This document shows positions 26,973 to 42,587 of a stretch of DNA of 64,000 nt, piece by piece. Below the pieces are notes generated by a model. It saw only the letters and a program-made list of their open reading frames with translations. It ran no database searches and had not been told where the DNA came from. How positions within the stretch are numbered: position 1 is the stretch's first letter; every line of letters begins with the position of its first letter. The stretch is taken from positions 19,392,001 to 19,456,000 of the forward strand of contig CP068257.2 in assembly GCA_009914755.4 (NCBI GenBank), given 5' to 3'. Both the position numbers and the translations under genes were made by a program. This DNA comes from the human T2T-CHM13v2.0 reference genome, Homo sapiens.

Positions 26973-29900
26973 ATCTTTTCAATCACAAAGACGATTACTT
27001 CTCCTAAAGAAAAAACAGAGGTGTGACATGGCTCTCCAGAAGTCAAACTGATCTGAAAGACAGGAAGAGTCGAAATTCTTCCATCATGGAGTACAACCAT
27101 GAAATTGTTGCTACTCATAGAAAGTCTTAGTATAGTTTGGTTTAAACATTTTAAAATTGCAAATAAATATAGATAGATAATATCATGATGAGAAGGTCAC
27201 GGGAAGCCTGGAGATTTCAGGGTGCTCTTTCATAATTGGAGCGAGAATCATGTAACAGTTAAGAAACTAAACTCTTGAGCCTTCATAGTCTTTGCTTTCT
27301 CCCCATTTATTTATCTGATATTATATACCCTCTTTAATTATAGACTGGACTGAAATATTTTATTTTTGTTTTATTATAAAAAATCCTACTCGTCTTTAAC
27401 ATGTTCTCTTAAAGAGTGTTTCATATATAAATACTTTCCCCCCAAAATATAAAGAGGCTAACCACTATAGTATTGAAAGATTGAAAGAAAGACCTAGGGT
27501 GTCTAAAACCAAATTTAAAGGCTCAGTTCTAAGAGGAGTTAAAATGCTTCCTTTGTAAGCACTTTAAACTTCATCTTTAAACATTGATGAGAATATTATA
27601 AAGAATTCACAACAGCAGTTACATGGAGGTAGAAAAGAGTGTTGAGAAGAAGGAGGGTGATTGCAACAAATACAAAGAAACTATTGAGATGTAACAAAGA
27701 CGTGCAATTACCTATGAATGGGTAAACCAGTTATATATTTTGCTTTCACAGCATGAGATTATTTTTAATTTGAATTGGTTTACCATGTAATGACACTTCC
27801 ATTTTAAAGATTTTATGCATGTAACCTTAATACTCTCAAGGTTTCCAGACTTCAGAGAGGTAACTCATACTTTCATTGTACAGTGTCGGAGCACTTATAT
27901 TCCACAAGGATAAGTGCTTCCTGCTGGGACAAAGTCCTCATGCACCCGACAGATCCTTCCTGATCGTTACTTGTCATCCTTCATCTAATCTGTGCTCATA
28001 ACTTTTCCCCATCACGACTGCTTTTGGGCCCTTCTCCATGCAGTTGCCATTCTTACATATTTAACAAAAGCATTTTTAAAGTTGTCATTTAAGAAAGACT
28101 TTCCTAAGGGCTGAGGATAATAAAATGAAACTACGCTATTGACTAGCTAAAACGGGATATCATCTACCTGTGCTCCTAAAAGCTTCAGGCCTCTCTCTTT
28201 CCCTGTGAGTCCTTTAACAGCTATTTCTTCAAATTCTGACCTTCTCTATGGGATATCCCTCACGTTAACTTTCCCTACCCCTTATGGAGACTCCAATACC
28301 TGTCTCCTTTAGGCCTAGCCAGTGGCAAGAGAGGAGCATGATATGATGATGTCTCCGAAGAATTTCCTGCTCCCAATGAAAATGACTTCTACATGATTGA
28401 ACATAATGCTTTGTCCTTAATCAACAGCCATCTGCTCCAGAGATCACTAATGCCCAGTAACTCTGGGTGAATTGATTATATATAATGAACAAAAAGAATG
28501 TGCCAAAGTGGGCCCTAAGTCTCTTCAAAAAAAAAAAAAAAAAACCCAAAAAACAAACTAGCTTCCACACTTAAAACCAAAGGGCAAAGAAAAAAACAAG
28601 ATATAAACAGCAGTTTGCTCCCACTTTCACTTGATTAAAGTTCGAAATACTGGGACCCACTTGCTATGTGTGTGTGCATATGTATGTGTGCTTGTTGTAT
28701 GACATTATTTCATTGCACATATGAATTCCTAAACCTAGTTTCACATTTATATGTTGGGGTCACTTTGAATATTGTCTACTTTGTGATAAAGCAAATGATA
28801 TTTTATTTTGTGAATATGCATTAAATATGTGTTAATTTGTGTTAAAGATTATTACCAAATATGTCTATACTCTCAAGGAAAAATAAAAAGAAACATGTAG
28901 CTATTTGCTACAGAGGCAGAAGTATGTTGCCTCAAGTATTTTATTTACCTGTGTAAACCTATGTGAAGTGTTTTGAATGCTTTTGTTTTGTCAGCCATGG
29001 ATTCAGGTGTTTGTGGAAGCAGACTTGCATTAAAATTCACACAGGATTTTTTTTTTTTTTTTATTCATTGTACTTCTACATTGACCCATTGAGTCATGTA
29101 GAAATACATGTTATTTTGCATACATTTCCATATGGAAAAACGAAGAAAAAGAAGAGTTTTCTCTTTCAGAACATTTTATTATTCACTGCATTTTTGCTTT
29201 TCCATTCTTCATTGTATTTCTTACTATTGCTTACTAATACAAATACCTCCATGTGAATTTCTATTAGACTGTTTTTGGACGTTCTAGTGCTTTTTTCGAA
29301 GGACTATCCACGATCATCAGTTTCCAATAGCTACTTAAAGTATGGCATTCATAGCTGAATTTAATATCCCAGATATTTCCTTGACTGCATATCTCTGTCT
29401 TGTTTAATATGAAATAGACATTTTTCTTTTAAAGCAACAAGTTTATATTAACTCTTTATTAATCTATCATGTCACATGTTTGACTCATTTTGTGACTACC
29501 TCTTATATAATTTATATATGCCATCTTCTTTGCATTTCTTTATTTTTTGATTCAGTGTACAGTATTTGAGATATAAGAGAAGTATGTATAAAGGCAGGGA
29601 GAGGACTAGATCCAAGCCAGGAAAAAAGCTTTCTGCAATGTCATTTGATCCAGAAGAGAATTTTAAAACCACATTTTTAAGGTAAATAAGTCAGAGACTT
29701 GGGGACATTGAGAGAGGGTATTGGAAGAAAATAGTGCAGCAGAGATAGAGCATTTCAGAACTTCAGATAATGCAACTTTGGTTAGCTTAATTTAAATAAA
29801 ATTAATATTTAACTCTAGACTTTGTGGCTGCTGAGTTGTATATGCCAAGACTGTTTTATAAATAGCCACAGTGGACTAAATGGCCATACTATTTAGGGAA

Positions 29901-32829
29901 CCTAACATAAGAACCTTTTTATATTTGGAATATAATAGTTTCTTGTACATATTAATCTAGACTTCATCTTTTACATAGCATTTCTCATACAAGCCACATT
30001 TTATTGACAAGTTAAAAATGGTTTTGCACAGTATCCTCTTTGATTTTAGATGAACAGACATTCTCGTTCTCTAAAATAGTGGTTCTCAATGAGGATGTTT
30101 TATCCCACAGAACACATTAGCCAATGTCTAGAGACATTTTTGGTTGCCACACTGCACATGGATGTTGGGGTGCCAATAGTATGTAGCAGATAGAGACCAA
30201 GGAAGCTGCTAAATATGCTACAGGGAAAGCACCTCCACCCTCAACGAAGTGCAAAATATTAATAGTGTCCAGACAGAGAAATTCTGGTCTAGAAGTTAAA
30301 GGGCTGTAATGTTGGAGCAATTATTTGATAATATGTTAGCTCCGATATGGAAATGTCTAACCCTGTGGATTTAGTATCATTATAATTAATGATGTGAAAT
30401 ATAATTTCACATGTCAGCCATTCACATGTCTGAACTAATCTGATAATAAGGTGAGGATTGCGTTTGTACATGCTTGACATGTATTTGTGAGTGGCCATTA
30501 TAGCTATACTTATCACAGTGTATTTACTCCACTGCTGTTAAATTTAATTGGATTTATTATGCATAATGCCAATTGAAAAAGGTAGTATTTTGATGTGTTT
30601 CAGCTTACCACATCACTAAAAAACAGTAAAATGATTATACCATATGTGAAAATAGTCACAATAATCAAATTATATTAATTTTAGCATTCAATAATATGCA
30701 AACATATTATGTTTTAAATGCACAAGCATATCTGTGTATGGGTTCTGTGTATTTTTTAGTCTAAATCTTCCAGATTCTGGTAGATATTTTTTAGAAAAAC
30801 TATTTTATCTATTTATCCAAAGTCTGTGGATATATGTTTAATTGTCTTTCCATATATTTAAAATGTTGTCTTAAGCAGACAATTTTAGAAATCAAAACAT
30901 TATCAGAAACAAGTTTTCAAGACATATGGGAACATTAATAATACTTAATGCTAATTAAAATTGTCTATTATGATGGAATATAAATCTATCACACCCTATT
31001 AAGCAGGAGTAAAAAATGACAAAATTGGAATACTGCAGTGTTTCCTCTTAATATGGTGTGGTGGGGATGTGAGTAGCATAGACACACACAGACATTTACC
31101 CACACATATAGTTTTATTTGAAGAGCCCATTTTTAACCTATTTGTTGGCTTATTTTAATTGAGCTTAGAGCAGGTACGGTGGAAGAAGTGGAAGATTTAA
31201 AAGAGAAAAGTCTTGGTTGATGGTGAATGTCCTTGAATGCAGGGCAAGTCATCCAGGGCCCAGGTAAAGAGATTATTATTCTAGGATAATAGGCATGCAA
31301 CTAAAAATGCTAAGAAGAAAGGAAGAAGCCAAGGAAAGGTGGGCCTAAAATCAAGATTGTATGTAAGGAAGATTTTCAGATGCCATCTTTTTTTCCTCTC
31401 TCTTTAAGGTATAAGTTTGCTGAGAGGAAAAGGAGTAAGGATTGTATAAGGTGTGAAAATATGTGACGTTTCAGAGTAGCAATTTATAGCAGTGAAAACA
31501 GCTGTAGGTATTAAGTGATAGTCTGAAGAGTTCAGCTAAATAGCATCAATCCACATCATCTGCAGATAATTTGATATTTCCGTTCTAAAAGAGTTAAAGA
31601 CCTGTGTTCAATATTTTCTTTCAAAGTGTTCTTGAATATAGTCTAAGTGTCATTTAAAGTTATTGCTGGGGCTTGGCTTAATTACAACGTGGCTGCTATA
31701 AACAATCACAGTTGTAGATGCTGAACACATATTTTCTGTCATCAGGTGGTATGCTTTAGTTTGTTCCTGTTTTAATGATAATCACATAATTTAGATTTAG
31801 ATGCATTTTATACTATCAGTCTTGATGAACATTCATGATACCTTTCTTATCTAGGTTTAAGTTGATAGAACTTACCACATAAAAAGTATGAAGCCCCTTT
31901 GATTGATAACCTGATTGGAAATATTTAATTAATCTGTTCAGAGATGAGTTAAACAGAAGATACTAATTATGTTGGAATCATACAGCCTATTCTTTTTGAA
32001 TCTTTTCTTATGAAGTAAGTACTATGACAAAATAATAGAAATCAAGTCGTTTGAATGTTTTGAAATTGATTGAATATTTTAAAATATAAACTTATTTTAA
32101 CACATAGATATGTCTTAACAGTATGCCTACTTACCATCCTTTATAGGGGCTTTTACTGTTATTTTACTTAGTTATATTAATCTATTAAATATTCATCATA
32201 GGTTTTAAAAATTATGTATTCACTTACAGTGTTGTGATTTTCAATCACCATAACATCACAGGAATATTACCAGTATTTCAATGCAATAATTGTTGTCATC
32301 ACTTTGTGTTTTTTATGTTGGAAAGCAGCCGTAATGGAGAGGGTAGCATAGAATTGACTTTAAAATATGTAGATTGTCTAGACACCTTTAACCAAGATAC
32401 ACCATCTCTCCTCACTTAAATGATAAAGGGAGGTATCACTCCTATATTTCCTTAATATTTAGAAGTGGTATAATGTAAAGTTTTAATATTAATTTGAAAG
32501 GAGAGGAGCTTTAAGTGAGTAAAATATCTTGAAAAAGAGAGGGTTTGTTTCTGGTTTTAAATATTGGCATATACGTAAGTATAAACAAAGTTGAAGGATA
32601 GTGGGATATATTTAAAATTACTTCCATCTGCAAAATGCTGATTTACAGAAATATCTCAAAGTATTTTGTAGTCGTTTTTATTTTGCTTTTTTTTCGCCTA
32701 AGTATACAGAAATCATCATCCCCATCCATAAAGTTAGAAGCATAGTATTTCAATTCCAATCACAGTAATACAATCATGAAAGTGATATTTGACTGGTAAA
32801 TCATAACTTATACGTATTTTCACAAATCC

Positions 32830-32950
32830 CAGTGAGTTACACATTCAGCAAATGTTGGGCATCTATTCAGAGCCATGTGTTAGGCACTCAGGGAACAGGA
32901 AGCTTGCCCTTTAGGACTTGCCCTCATAAGGAGCTAACGCTACCGATATC
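32830..32950 (+). mobile_element. Possible ancient SINE fragment (MIR-family-like)
   Basis: ttcagcaaatgttgggcatctattcagagccatgtgttaggcactcagggaacaggaagcttgccctttaggacttgccctcataaggagctaac resembles the widespread motif ...tgtgccaggcactgtgctaggcactgggga...ccctgccctcatggagcttac.... Weak. Confidence 0.3.
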
Positions 32951-33588
32951 TTGATCTCAGACTTGTAGTCTCAAGAACTTTGAGATAAATTTTTGTTGTT
33001 TAAGCCGCCTAGTTTGTGGTACTTTGTAATGGCAGTCCTAGCAAACGAATGCACCAACTAGTAGGTCAGTTTTTTTGAAAGACAAAATGTATTGTTTGTT
33101 TTTAATTTTTATAGTGATAAAGAGGTCAATTATGCCTCATATCTGTGATTGAAAATAATCATACAATGTAAACATTTTCAGAAAAAAATTCCTAAGTTTA
33201 TCAGCATTTAAAAACATTGTGTCATATGCAGAGAAAGGTGATCATAACTCATATGCAGATGAAGTAATTGAAATACTTGATTTTGGTTCTCAAAATATAA
33301 AGCATTTACATTCCAAGTATCTTTGCAGTGTTAGTGTTATGTTGTATCATAATGCAATTCATGCTGGATAAAAGTTCTTCTAAAAGAGAAAATGAACATT
33401 AACACAAAACAAAAAATCTGAGTAGTTTTCTGCTAGTACAAAGTCCATCTTACCTTACTTTTTAAATTTGCACCTAATGCTGGCAAAACCAGTTCTGTAG
33501 CATAGGTAAATAGCCTTAAAATATCTTTGAATCAGTCCTAAATTTTACCCTGGTCCCTCAAGTCATAGCACTGTTTATCTTTACATTC

Positions 33589-33896
33589 TTTTTTTTTTTT
33601 TTTTTTTTTTTTTTTGAGCCGGAGTCTCACTCTGTCACCCAGGCTGGAGTGCAGAGGTGACCTGGGCTCACTGCAACCTCTGCCTCCTGGGTTCAAGTGA
33701 TTCTCTTGCCTCTCAGCCTCCTGAGTAGCTGGGTCTACAGGCATGCGCCAGCACGCCTGGCTAATTTTTGTATTTTTAGTAGAGATGGAGTTTCACCATG
33801 TTGGCCAGGCTGGTCTTGAGCTCCTGGCCTCAAGTGATCCACCCGCCTCAGCCTCCCAAAGTGCTGGGATTACAGGCATGAGCCACCGTGCCTGGA
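33589..33896 (-). mobile_element. Alu SINE (AluS-like), full length, reverse orientation, with a clean TSD
   Basis: poly-T(~27) followed by gagccggagtctcactctgtcacccaggctggagtgcagaggtgacctgggctcactgcaacctctgcctcc ... cccaaagtgctgggattacaggcatgagccaccgtgcctgga. TSD ttacattctt is present on both sides. Confidence 0.93.
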
Positions 33897-35276
33897 CACG
33901 TTACATTCTTAATGCCAAATGAAATGTATAATGGGGAAGATTAAAAATGAATATAGAAAGTGTCAAAAAAAAATAAATTTTCTAGTTGTTAAAATCCTTA
34001 CCTTAGTATGTGTGTAGAACTTTCGAAAGAAAAGAAGGAAAAATAAAGCAAAACAAAACAAAAATCAAAATCATTCAATAACTTGAATATTTAATACACT
34101 AATATCAGTGGTTTCTTTGGTATTTATTACTGGTTTACGTTACAATTATTTTATACTTGATTTTTTTTCTCTATGTGTATTAAGAGCTTATTGTTTATTA
34201 GTCATATTACTAAGCTCTGGGATAAAATGTTAAAAAATTTGTATAAAGTTTCTTACATCAATTATATTTCTGTTCTGGCCATGGGCATGTGATATTTGCA
34301 CACATAATGATTTCTTGATAACAGCCAAGGAGAAAGCAAAGTTAATTTGTTTGGATTTGGACATCCAGGAAGTGGCTTGTTGTCTTAGACCTGAGGGATA
34401 CTGGGTGATTCTTGCCAAAGAATTAGGGGGATACAGATCTTAAGTAGAAGGAGCAGAGTGTGTGAAGGCCCTGAGTTGTGAGATTTTAGTGCATGTTGGA
34501 AACAAAATTAGGTCAGTGTGGCTACAGCATTGAATGTGGAGGCTTTGAGGCTGGAGATATTGGTGGGGGCAAGGTTCATGCCAGCCACTGAGGGCGTGCT
34601 AAGAATTGTGACTTCAATCCAAGTACAAAACCCTCTAACTTTAGAGTATAATAAAAGGAGACTCAGTCTAGCTATCTTAAAGAACAATGTTAATCTTCAT
34701 TCTGGCATTCATAAAAAGGGCTGGCCTAGAACTTCTATGGAATGTGCTGGGCAGAAGGCTTCTTTAAATATCTTGGCTCCAAAATTTCTCAATCACATAA
34801 CTCATTAAGAATTGTACTATATCGTATTATTGATGTCTTGCTGAGGTCCCACTATTATGGTTTCTGTCATTTATTGTCTTTTCTCCACTGAAAGCATTGT
34901 CTTCCACCTGCAGGTGGTCACCAGCTAGGTTAGTCATTCTAGGAATTGCTGTGGGAAGAAGTGTTCTCTTGCCCCTCAGGGTTCATCACTCTGAGATGTG
35001 TCATTTTTTAAAATCAATTTGGCTTTTTCAGTAGAAATTCATGTGGACAGTTTCTGGTAATAAAATCCTGAATCATGCTACAGAAAACTGAGAAACATTA
35101 ATCTCAAGGCCTCAGGAAATGGGTTTTAGCTTATTATAACTGTTTACATATGGGACTGCTACTATATTTTTCAGTGTGTAAACCTAGATGTCAAATGAGT
35201 TAAGAACTTGATCAACGGGCAACATGATTACTCTGTGCTCATTTCTTTTCTAGGGTTAAAAGTCTCACTTCCAAGG

Positions 35277-35606
<330 letters not shown>

Positions 35607-36788
35607 TTACTTCCAAATAAGAGAAAATTATAGAAGTCATAAGCCAATAATACTTCCTTTCCTTTAATCCCATTTAACAAGCAATTATATTAAAACCCTA
35701 AGTCATCTGGGTCTTTTTTTTCCCACTTGATTTACATGAGTCTTAAGCTTTATTGCTTGTACTTATATCTGATCTGTGGACAACAAAAACTACCTAATAC
35801 AACGACAAAAACAAAAACAACAAATACTTTACATAACCCACAGTCTAAGCATCATAAACTGTAAGTGATGTGGCACTGAATGAATACTTTTTATTCTCCT
35901 CATTTTTGAATAGGTGAATCTTCTTTACGTTGTGTTTTTAATCATGTAAGTATCTCGTCATTAAAAATGACGCCTTGAAAAATTATTCTATAATCAATAT
36001 ACCGCAGGGTTTCTAGAGTCCCAATTCATTGAGGATGGCTATTTCAAGACAAATTCAATATTCATTGTTTAAAATTCGTTGAGTTCTAATTATCTTCAAG
36101 GTCATAGAAGTGCTTCGTTATTTTGATGGGAGTGTGTACTATGACTACTATATTTATCCTTAGCCATTTACAAAACGGTTTATATGTAAGAGTTTTATGT
36201 CAATAAATTTGAGCAAATTAGACAAGGGAGTGTTCTATTTCAATTCAAAGATAATTTTAATTCACTAACTCTTAGCTAGATTAATGGTCCTACTAAAAAT
36301 TAAGCACTCCCCAATGCATGGTATGTGTACCAAATGACCTCATTAAATAGGTATATGCAGAACAGATGCCTCTATGACCTGTCTCCAGATTTACTGAGCA
36401 GAGAGTGTCCTTGTTAAGTGCCCCTATGATCAGTGAATGAATTTCAAATTGGAGACACAAGGACGATACTTCTTCATGGGATATTCTATGTAATTTGGAT
36501 ATTTCTCTGTTCAGTTCTCTCTGCAGTTTGGTAGAATTTGAAATGTAAAAGAGATTCATCTTTTGCTGATGAATTTATCATTTTCTTACAAATGAATAGA
36601 TACTTGATTTTATGGTCAGAGTTTCGTCTTTGAATACAGTTTTTTGTTACCATACCTTTGCTTTGCCAGACAATGGAGATTGGTGTTTTAAGTTAATTTT
36701 TGTATATTAGCACATTTAAAAATGACACCTGATTTGATTTGAATTATTCCATATATAGAATGTATGACTCTAAATGCAGTTTTTTATA

Positions 36789-36812
36789 ACATACACACAC
36801 ACACACACAGAT
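36789..36812. repeat. (CA)n short microsatellite
   Basis: acatacacacacacacacacagat. Confidence 0.8.
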
Positions 36813-38503
36813 ATACACCTTTAAGGCATTTAATTCAAACCGTAATTGTTTTACTGTTGCTTCTGCTATTGTTATTGGCATTATGGGACACAGCTAAAAA
36901 ATGATGTAGCTGTGGAAACACTGCTTGATCTTTTGACATGCTACTATTGATGCCTCTATGCGCAAGAAAGTTCAATATAAGTATAAAGTAAAATTGTAAA
37001 ATTAATTTTCCAATGATGTATTTTAGGTTGTTGGCTTTTTTGTTGTTTCGTCTTTTACTTTAAAATCCAAAGGAAATTTAGAATGATTTTGGAACCAGAT
37101 TTACATTTGAAATATTATAAATATATATACTTTTAAGCCTATAGCAAGCTAAAATTTGTTTACAGGTGTTTAATGTACCCAAAGCATTATTAGATGAAGT
37201 CAGTTTTCTTAATGTTTCTATGGAAATAACTGAATTACTGTGTTATTGATAGGAAGTGATCATTTGATCTTAGCAATGGAGAGAACTACAGCATAACTGT
37301 AGCGTGTGTTAGAGATACTCATTCCACTGGGGGTATTACCTTAATGTTAACTAAATGTTATATTGCTACTGGAAATCATTAAAAATATATGCGTCTGTTT
37401 AAGTAGGTTTATGCAGATATGGAGTATAAATATTAAGAAAGGAGCTGTATGCATAAACACTTTTTTAAATTATTGCTAATATACTTAATGTTTAAAAATA
37501 CATATATTTATTATAAAATTATATTTAAATATAGCAAAATGTATTACACAGTAAATTTAAAGGCAAAACTTAATTGATTGTAACAATCTATCTTTAAAGC
37601 TGGCATGAGAGAGAGAATATTACTTCAATTAAAAATGCGTTACTAAAAAGTGCTCTTTTCTAGAAAAAATAAACTTCATAAACAAGTATGAAGAGGGGAA
37701 TTGTGTACCACGTTTGTAATAAAACATGAGAACTATGTTAATGAATATTACAAGTATAAATTTTACAATATGCTACTGACATATATAGACAAATAATGGA
37801 ATATTGATCTTAAAACATGGGCTACCTCTTTTATATAGGAATAATATGAATTACCATATGAATGTGCATTTTCCAACATTTCACTCAGTTCTTCTCAATA
37901 TGTATTGAAAACTTTGGGAGAATGCACACTCTGATATTATGCAATACATTCTATAGTCTTTCTTGCATCATCCTACTTTTCACAGACCCCTCTTTAAACA
38001 CTGGTAAGACCTTTGTATAAATCTAACATAATCATTCTACTTATATTAATTACATACAATTGTTTTAAATTCCTATGAAGAAAGAAAAAAGTAGACTTGC
38101 ATAAATTATTCTAAGAACATGAGAGAAAAAATAAACTGGCAGGGCCAGATCTATTTCTCTGTTGATAAATTAGAATCAGTATATGTTTTCTTTGCATATA
38201 GTTATATAATCAAGGGAATTATGGAATATAGCCCATTGACCCTTTTATGTGGGTTATAATAGAGATGGATGATGTATATTGGGGCAGAGGAATTGGGTCA
38301 GGATACATTAAAAAAACTGAATTTCTTGTCTTCTTGTCTTCCAAAAAGTGCTATATTTTTAAAGCTCAGTTTCTTGATGAAAGAAATAACTTTCTGATTG
38401 AGGAACTTGGTTTTCATGTATGTAAGGTGTTCATTTAACTTTTTGTGAAAGATGTACATAACCAAATAAAGACTAATTAATTATGTACTACTAAAATAAT
38501 GAC

Positions 38504-39095
<592 letters not shown>

Positions 39096-40643
39096 GGTAT
39101 TGCATTTGTATGCAATGACCAATGACTTATCGTTATTACGCTCCTCTTTTGTATTATTATCTGCGTAACGGGTGCTACACACTTTTTCCAAGTTGTTAAT
39201 ATTCCAGTTTGTGAAGTCACTTTATATATATCTAAAATTTTCATACCACCCATTATTGCTTTTTTCACTGCTAGTTCAACCTTGTAGCTCATACTAAAAT
39301 GTAAAAGTACTGTCATATTTCCATGGCCAAATGCTTTCCTGGAATCACTCTGCTAAGTTGATACTTTCTAGTTTCCAAAGGGATGCAATTTCATGTGACT
39401 TTAAAAACTGATTTTATAAGATAATGTACTCTAGCTAATTTGCATATGATTAAAATCCAATTGTAATTATATTCACTATGGAGAATATTCAGAAACTCAT
39501 GGAAACTCTGGAGAGTTTTTCATACATTGTGTGTTATGTCCCCATGTAAAAATTCGACTGAAGCTAGTTGAATTCACTAATTCTTATCTAAGAAGAAATA
39601 TAGGTGATTTATTAATATGTACTTAATGCTGAAGTGTCTTTCATTGTATATATCAGTTCATTTTCTAGGAGCAGAGAGAATGTAAATTATATATGAATAA
39701 TATTTTTATTTAACCTTTAAAATTGCAGAAGAGACCCTTTAGGTTAAAAATGCGTTAGCTATCAACATCATCTCCTTCCTTAACTTGACTATTTTCCCAG
39801 AGTAGTAATTGCAAACCAAAAAGGTTTAATTATCTTTCTGATAGCACAGAAAATGTTTTCTGTCATAGACTACCCATAGTATAGTAATACCTCTTTGCCA
39901 CAGGTAAGTTCTAATACCTGGTGATGATTCCCCAACTGTGTACCCACTCAAACACTTTTCGACCTACCCTTCCTTTAAAAGATGTTTTGAGGAATTCCAG
40001 AAATAAAATGTATGACACAAATTGTGGGACTAGGTTAATACCATGATGCCTGTACTTTTGAAGGCAGGGAAGTGATAAGTGGTAAAATGAGACATTTCCT
40101 AGGGGTAGAGGTACAAAGCTAAAAAAGAAGGAAACCCAGACTGAATTTTACGTTTCTTATTTCCAACTCCTCTCGATGTCTACCTGGAAACCTTTCCAAT
40201 CTTTAAGCATTCAACTGCAGTGAAATATCCTCTGGGGACCTTCTGGGACATCCCAAGACAGAGTTCATCACCCTTTTTTAATAGTGTCCTGTACTTTTCT
40301 TATCTTTCTATTGTTGCTTTTAAAACATATTTTCTTGCAATTACCTTCACATGCACTGTGAACACCGGCAATTTAATGTGTTTTTGTGCATGTGTATGCA
40401 TGCACGCTGAATAAGTTCCTTGCATGCTAAAAAATGTTTCAACCTACAAAATAAATAGTAATGTCATTGCCTGGTTCGTGAAAATTTGGTGATAATAGAT
40501 TTCACAGAACCAGGAGAAACTTATAAAGATCAAGCTCCAGACATATTACTATGGAGGCCAAAATATCAAACAATAAAACAAAAAATGAACAACCCATTTA
40601 TAAAAGTACACACACCTATATAACCTGATATATGTACATAGTG

Positions 40644-40662
40644 TATATATATATATATATAT
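40644..40662. repeat. (TA)n microsatellite
   Basis: tatatatatatatatatat. Confidence 0.8.
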
Positions 40663-42202
40663 AATCTAATATGTAAATATGTTATCAATTTATGGAAAAT
40701 CATGGCACAAATAGAAGATAGAAAAAATAAATTGTTAAATGACAATACAAAAAGTCTTTCTCTGTCAAAATGCCATATAATTAGATGGATGCACTAATAT
40801 AACAAACAGAAACTAATGAAGGAGGAGTAATCAGCAGTGATAAAAGGGTAGACAGAGGGCAGTGGAATTGAACAGAGGAAGAGGGGGGTGAAATGAAGGC
40901 AAGAAAGTAAGGAAAACATGAGTATTTATTTAAAGTGAGTAGTTGGAGGCTAAAAGGGAAGTTGCACCAAGTTTGGGTCTAACATGTTGTGGTAGTAACT
41001 GTGTTCTTCATATTATAGGTAAAGAAGTCATTGACTACTTTTAAATAGGGAGATTAGGTGGTCAGTGTAGAGTTGCTGGGTGAGCAGAATGCATAAATGT
41101 GCCTGATTAACTAAAGATGGCAAGGATTATGGATATTCAAATAGCCTTTCCCACCTCTGTTGATGAATTGGTAGTAACCTACATCCTGTTGGTAAGTAGT
41201 CAGTCTAGCTAGGAATGGGCTATCCAATAAATATTGTGAGAGGAAAATGGAAAGTAGTTAGATATTACATTTGAAGAAAAATTAATAATTTGAAATGCCT
41301 CTAGGGAGCTTGTAAAATTGGTAGGATGACAGTAACATTAAACAGAAGGAAAAGAAGGCAAATGGGAAATAAAGTTTTGAGAGTACGTTTCTAAACTTAG
41401 TGAATTAAATTGAGGGTTATTAAAGAGGAAATTTGAGCCAGCTGATTACAAACACATAATCAAAGCTTCTGAGCAGTCACAAAATGAGATAAAGGTTTCA
41501 GTGTTTTCACGAAAAACTGATATACTAATTCCTGTGAGTAAATGAGATCTTCAAGAAAGAGAATGTAAAAATTGAAGAACTTAGGACATGTTGTTCAATC
41601 TTAGGGAATAGACATTTGAAAGAAAAGGAAGGAACATGAGGAATGAAGGGAACAAATGAGAAACATGTGCCTGCTATCAACTTAGAGTTGGTGAAGCAAA
41701 TTGGTAAACATTGGCGAATTTTATGGGGTTATTGATGACCCAAACTCTAAGCTTCTTTGTAAATTGGGAATTTTTCAAAATAAAATGTTCTGGGAGATGG
41801 TAAAACAAATGTGGAGAAAGCAAGTCCAGAGTGCAGAGCTCAAGCTAAAAAAAAAGCATTTGATTTTGTGTTTGAGAAGATAACACTTGATATTTAAGAT
41901 TTTCATGCCTTTAAAGTGAAGTTGCAGGCATTGCATTGAAAAAGGTTTATGCAGCTATAGCATTGACGTATAGAGTTAGAAGTTAAATTGAAAAATAAAG
42001 TTAGAAGTGAAAATAATTTATGCCATCCGTCATAATATTAACTTGGTTTTAATATTTTTTTCCTCTGGTTTTTCAAAAAGTTGTGGAAATTGACGAAGTA
42101 TAATTATTCTAAGATGGAATAATTAAAATGGCATTTTAATAAGCAAATGTTTAAATATCTGCGGAAAAAAGGGAAATGGAAAAAAGATTCAGTAAATGTT
42201 AG

Positions 42203-42587
<385 letters not shown>

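Noticed and set aside
26750-27118. 122-aa ORF containing THTHTHTHTHTHTH and SLSLSLSL
   Set aside because: It is a translation of the (TG)n(GA)n compound microsatellite.
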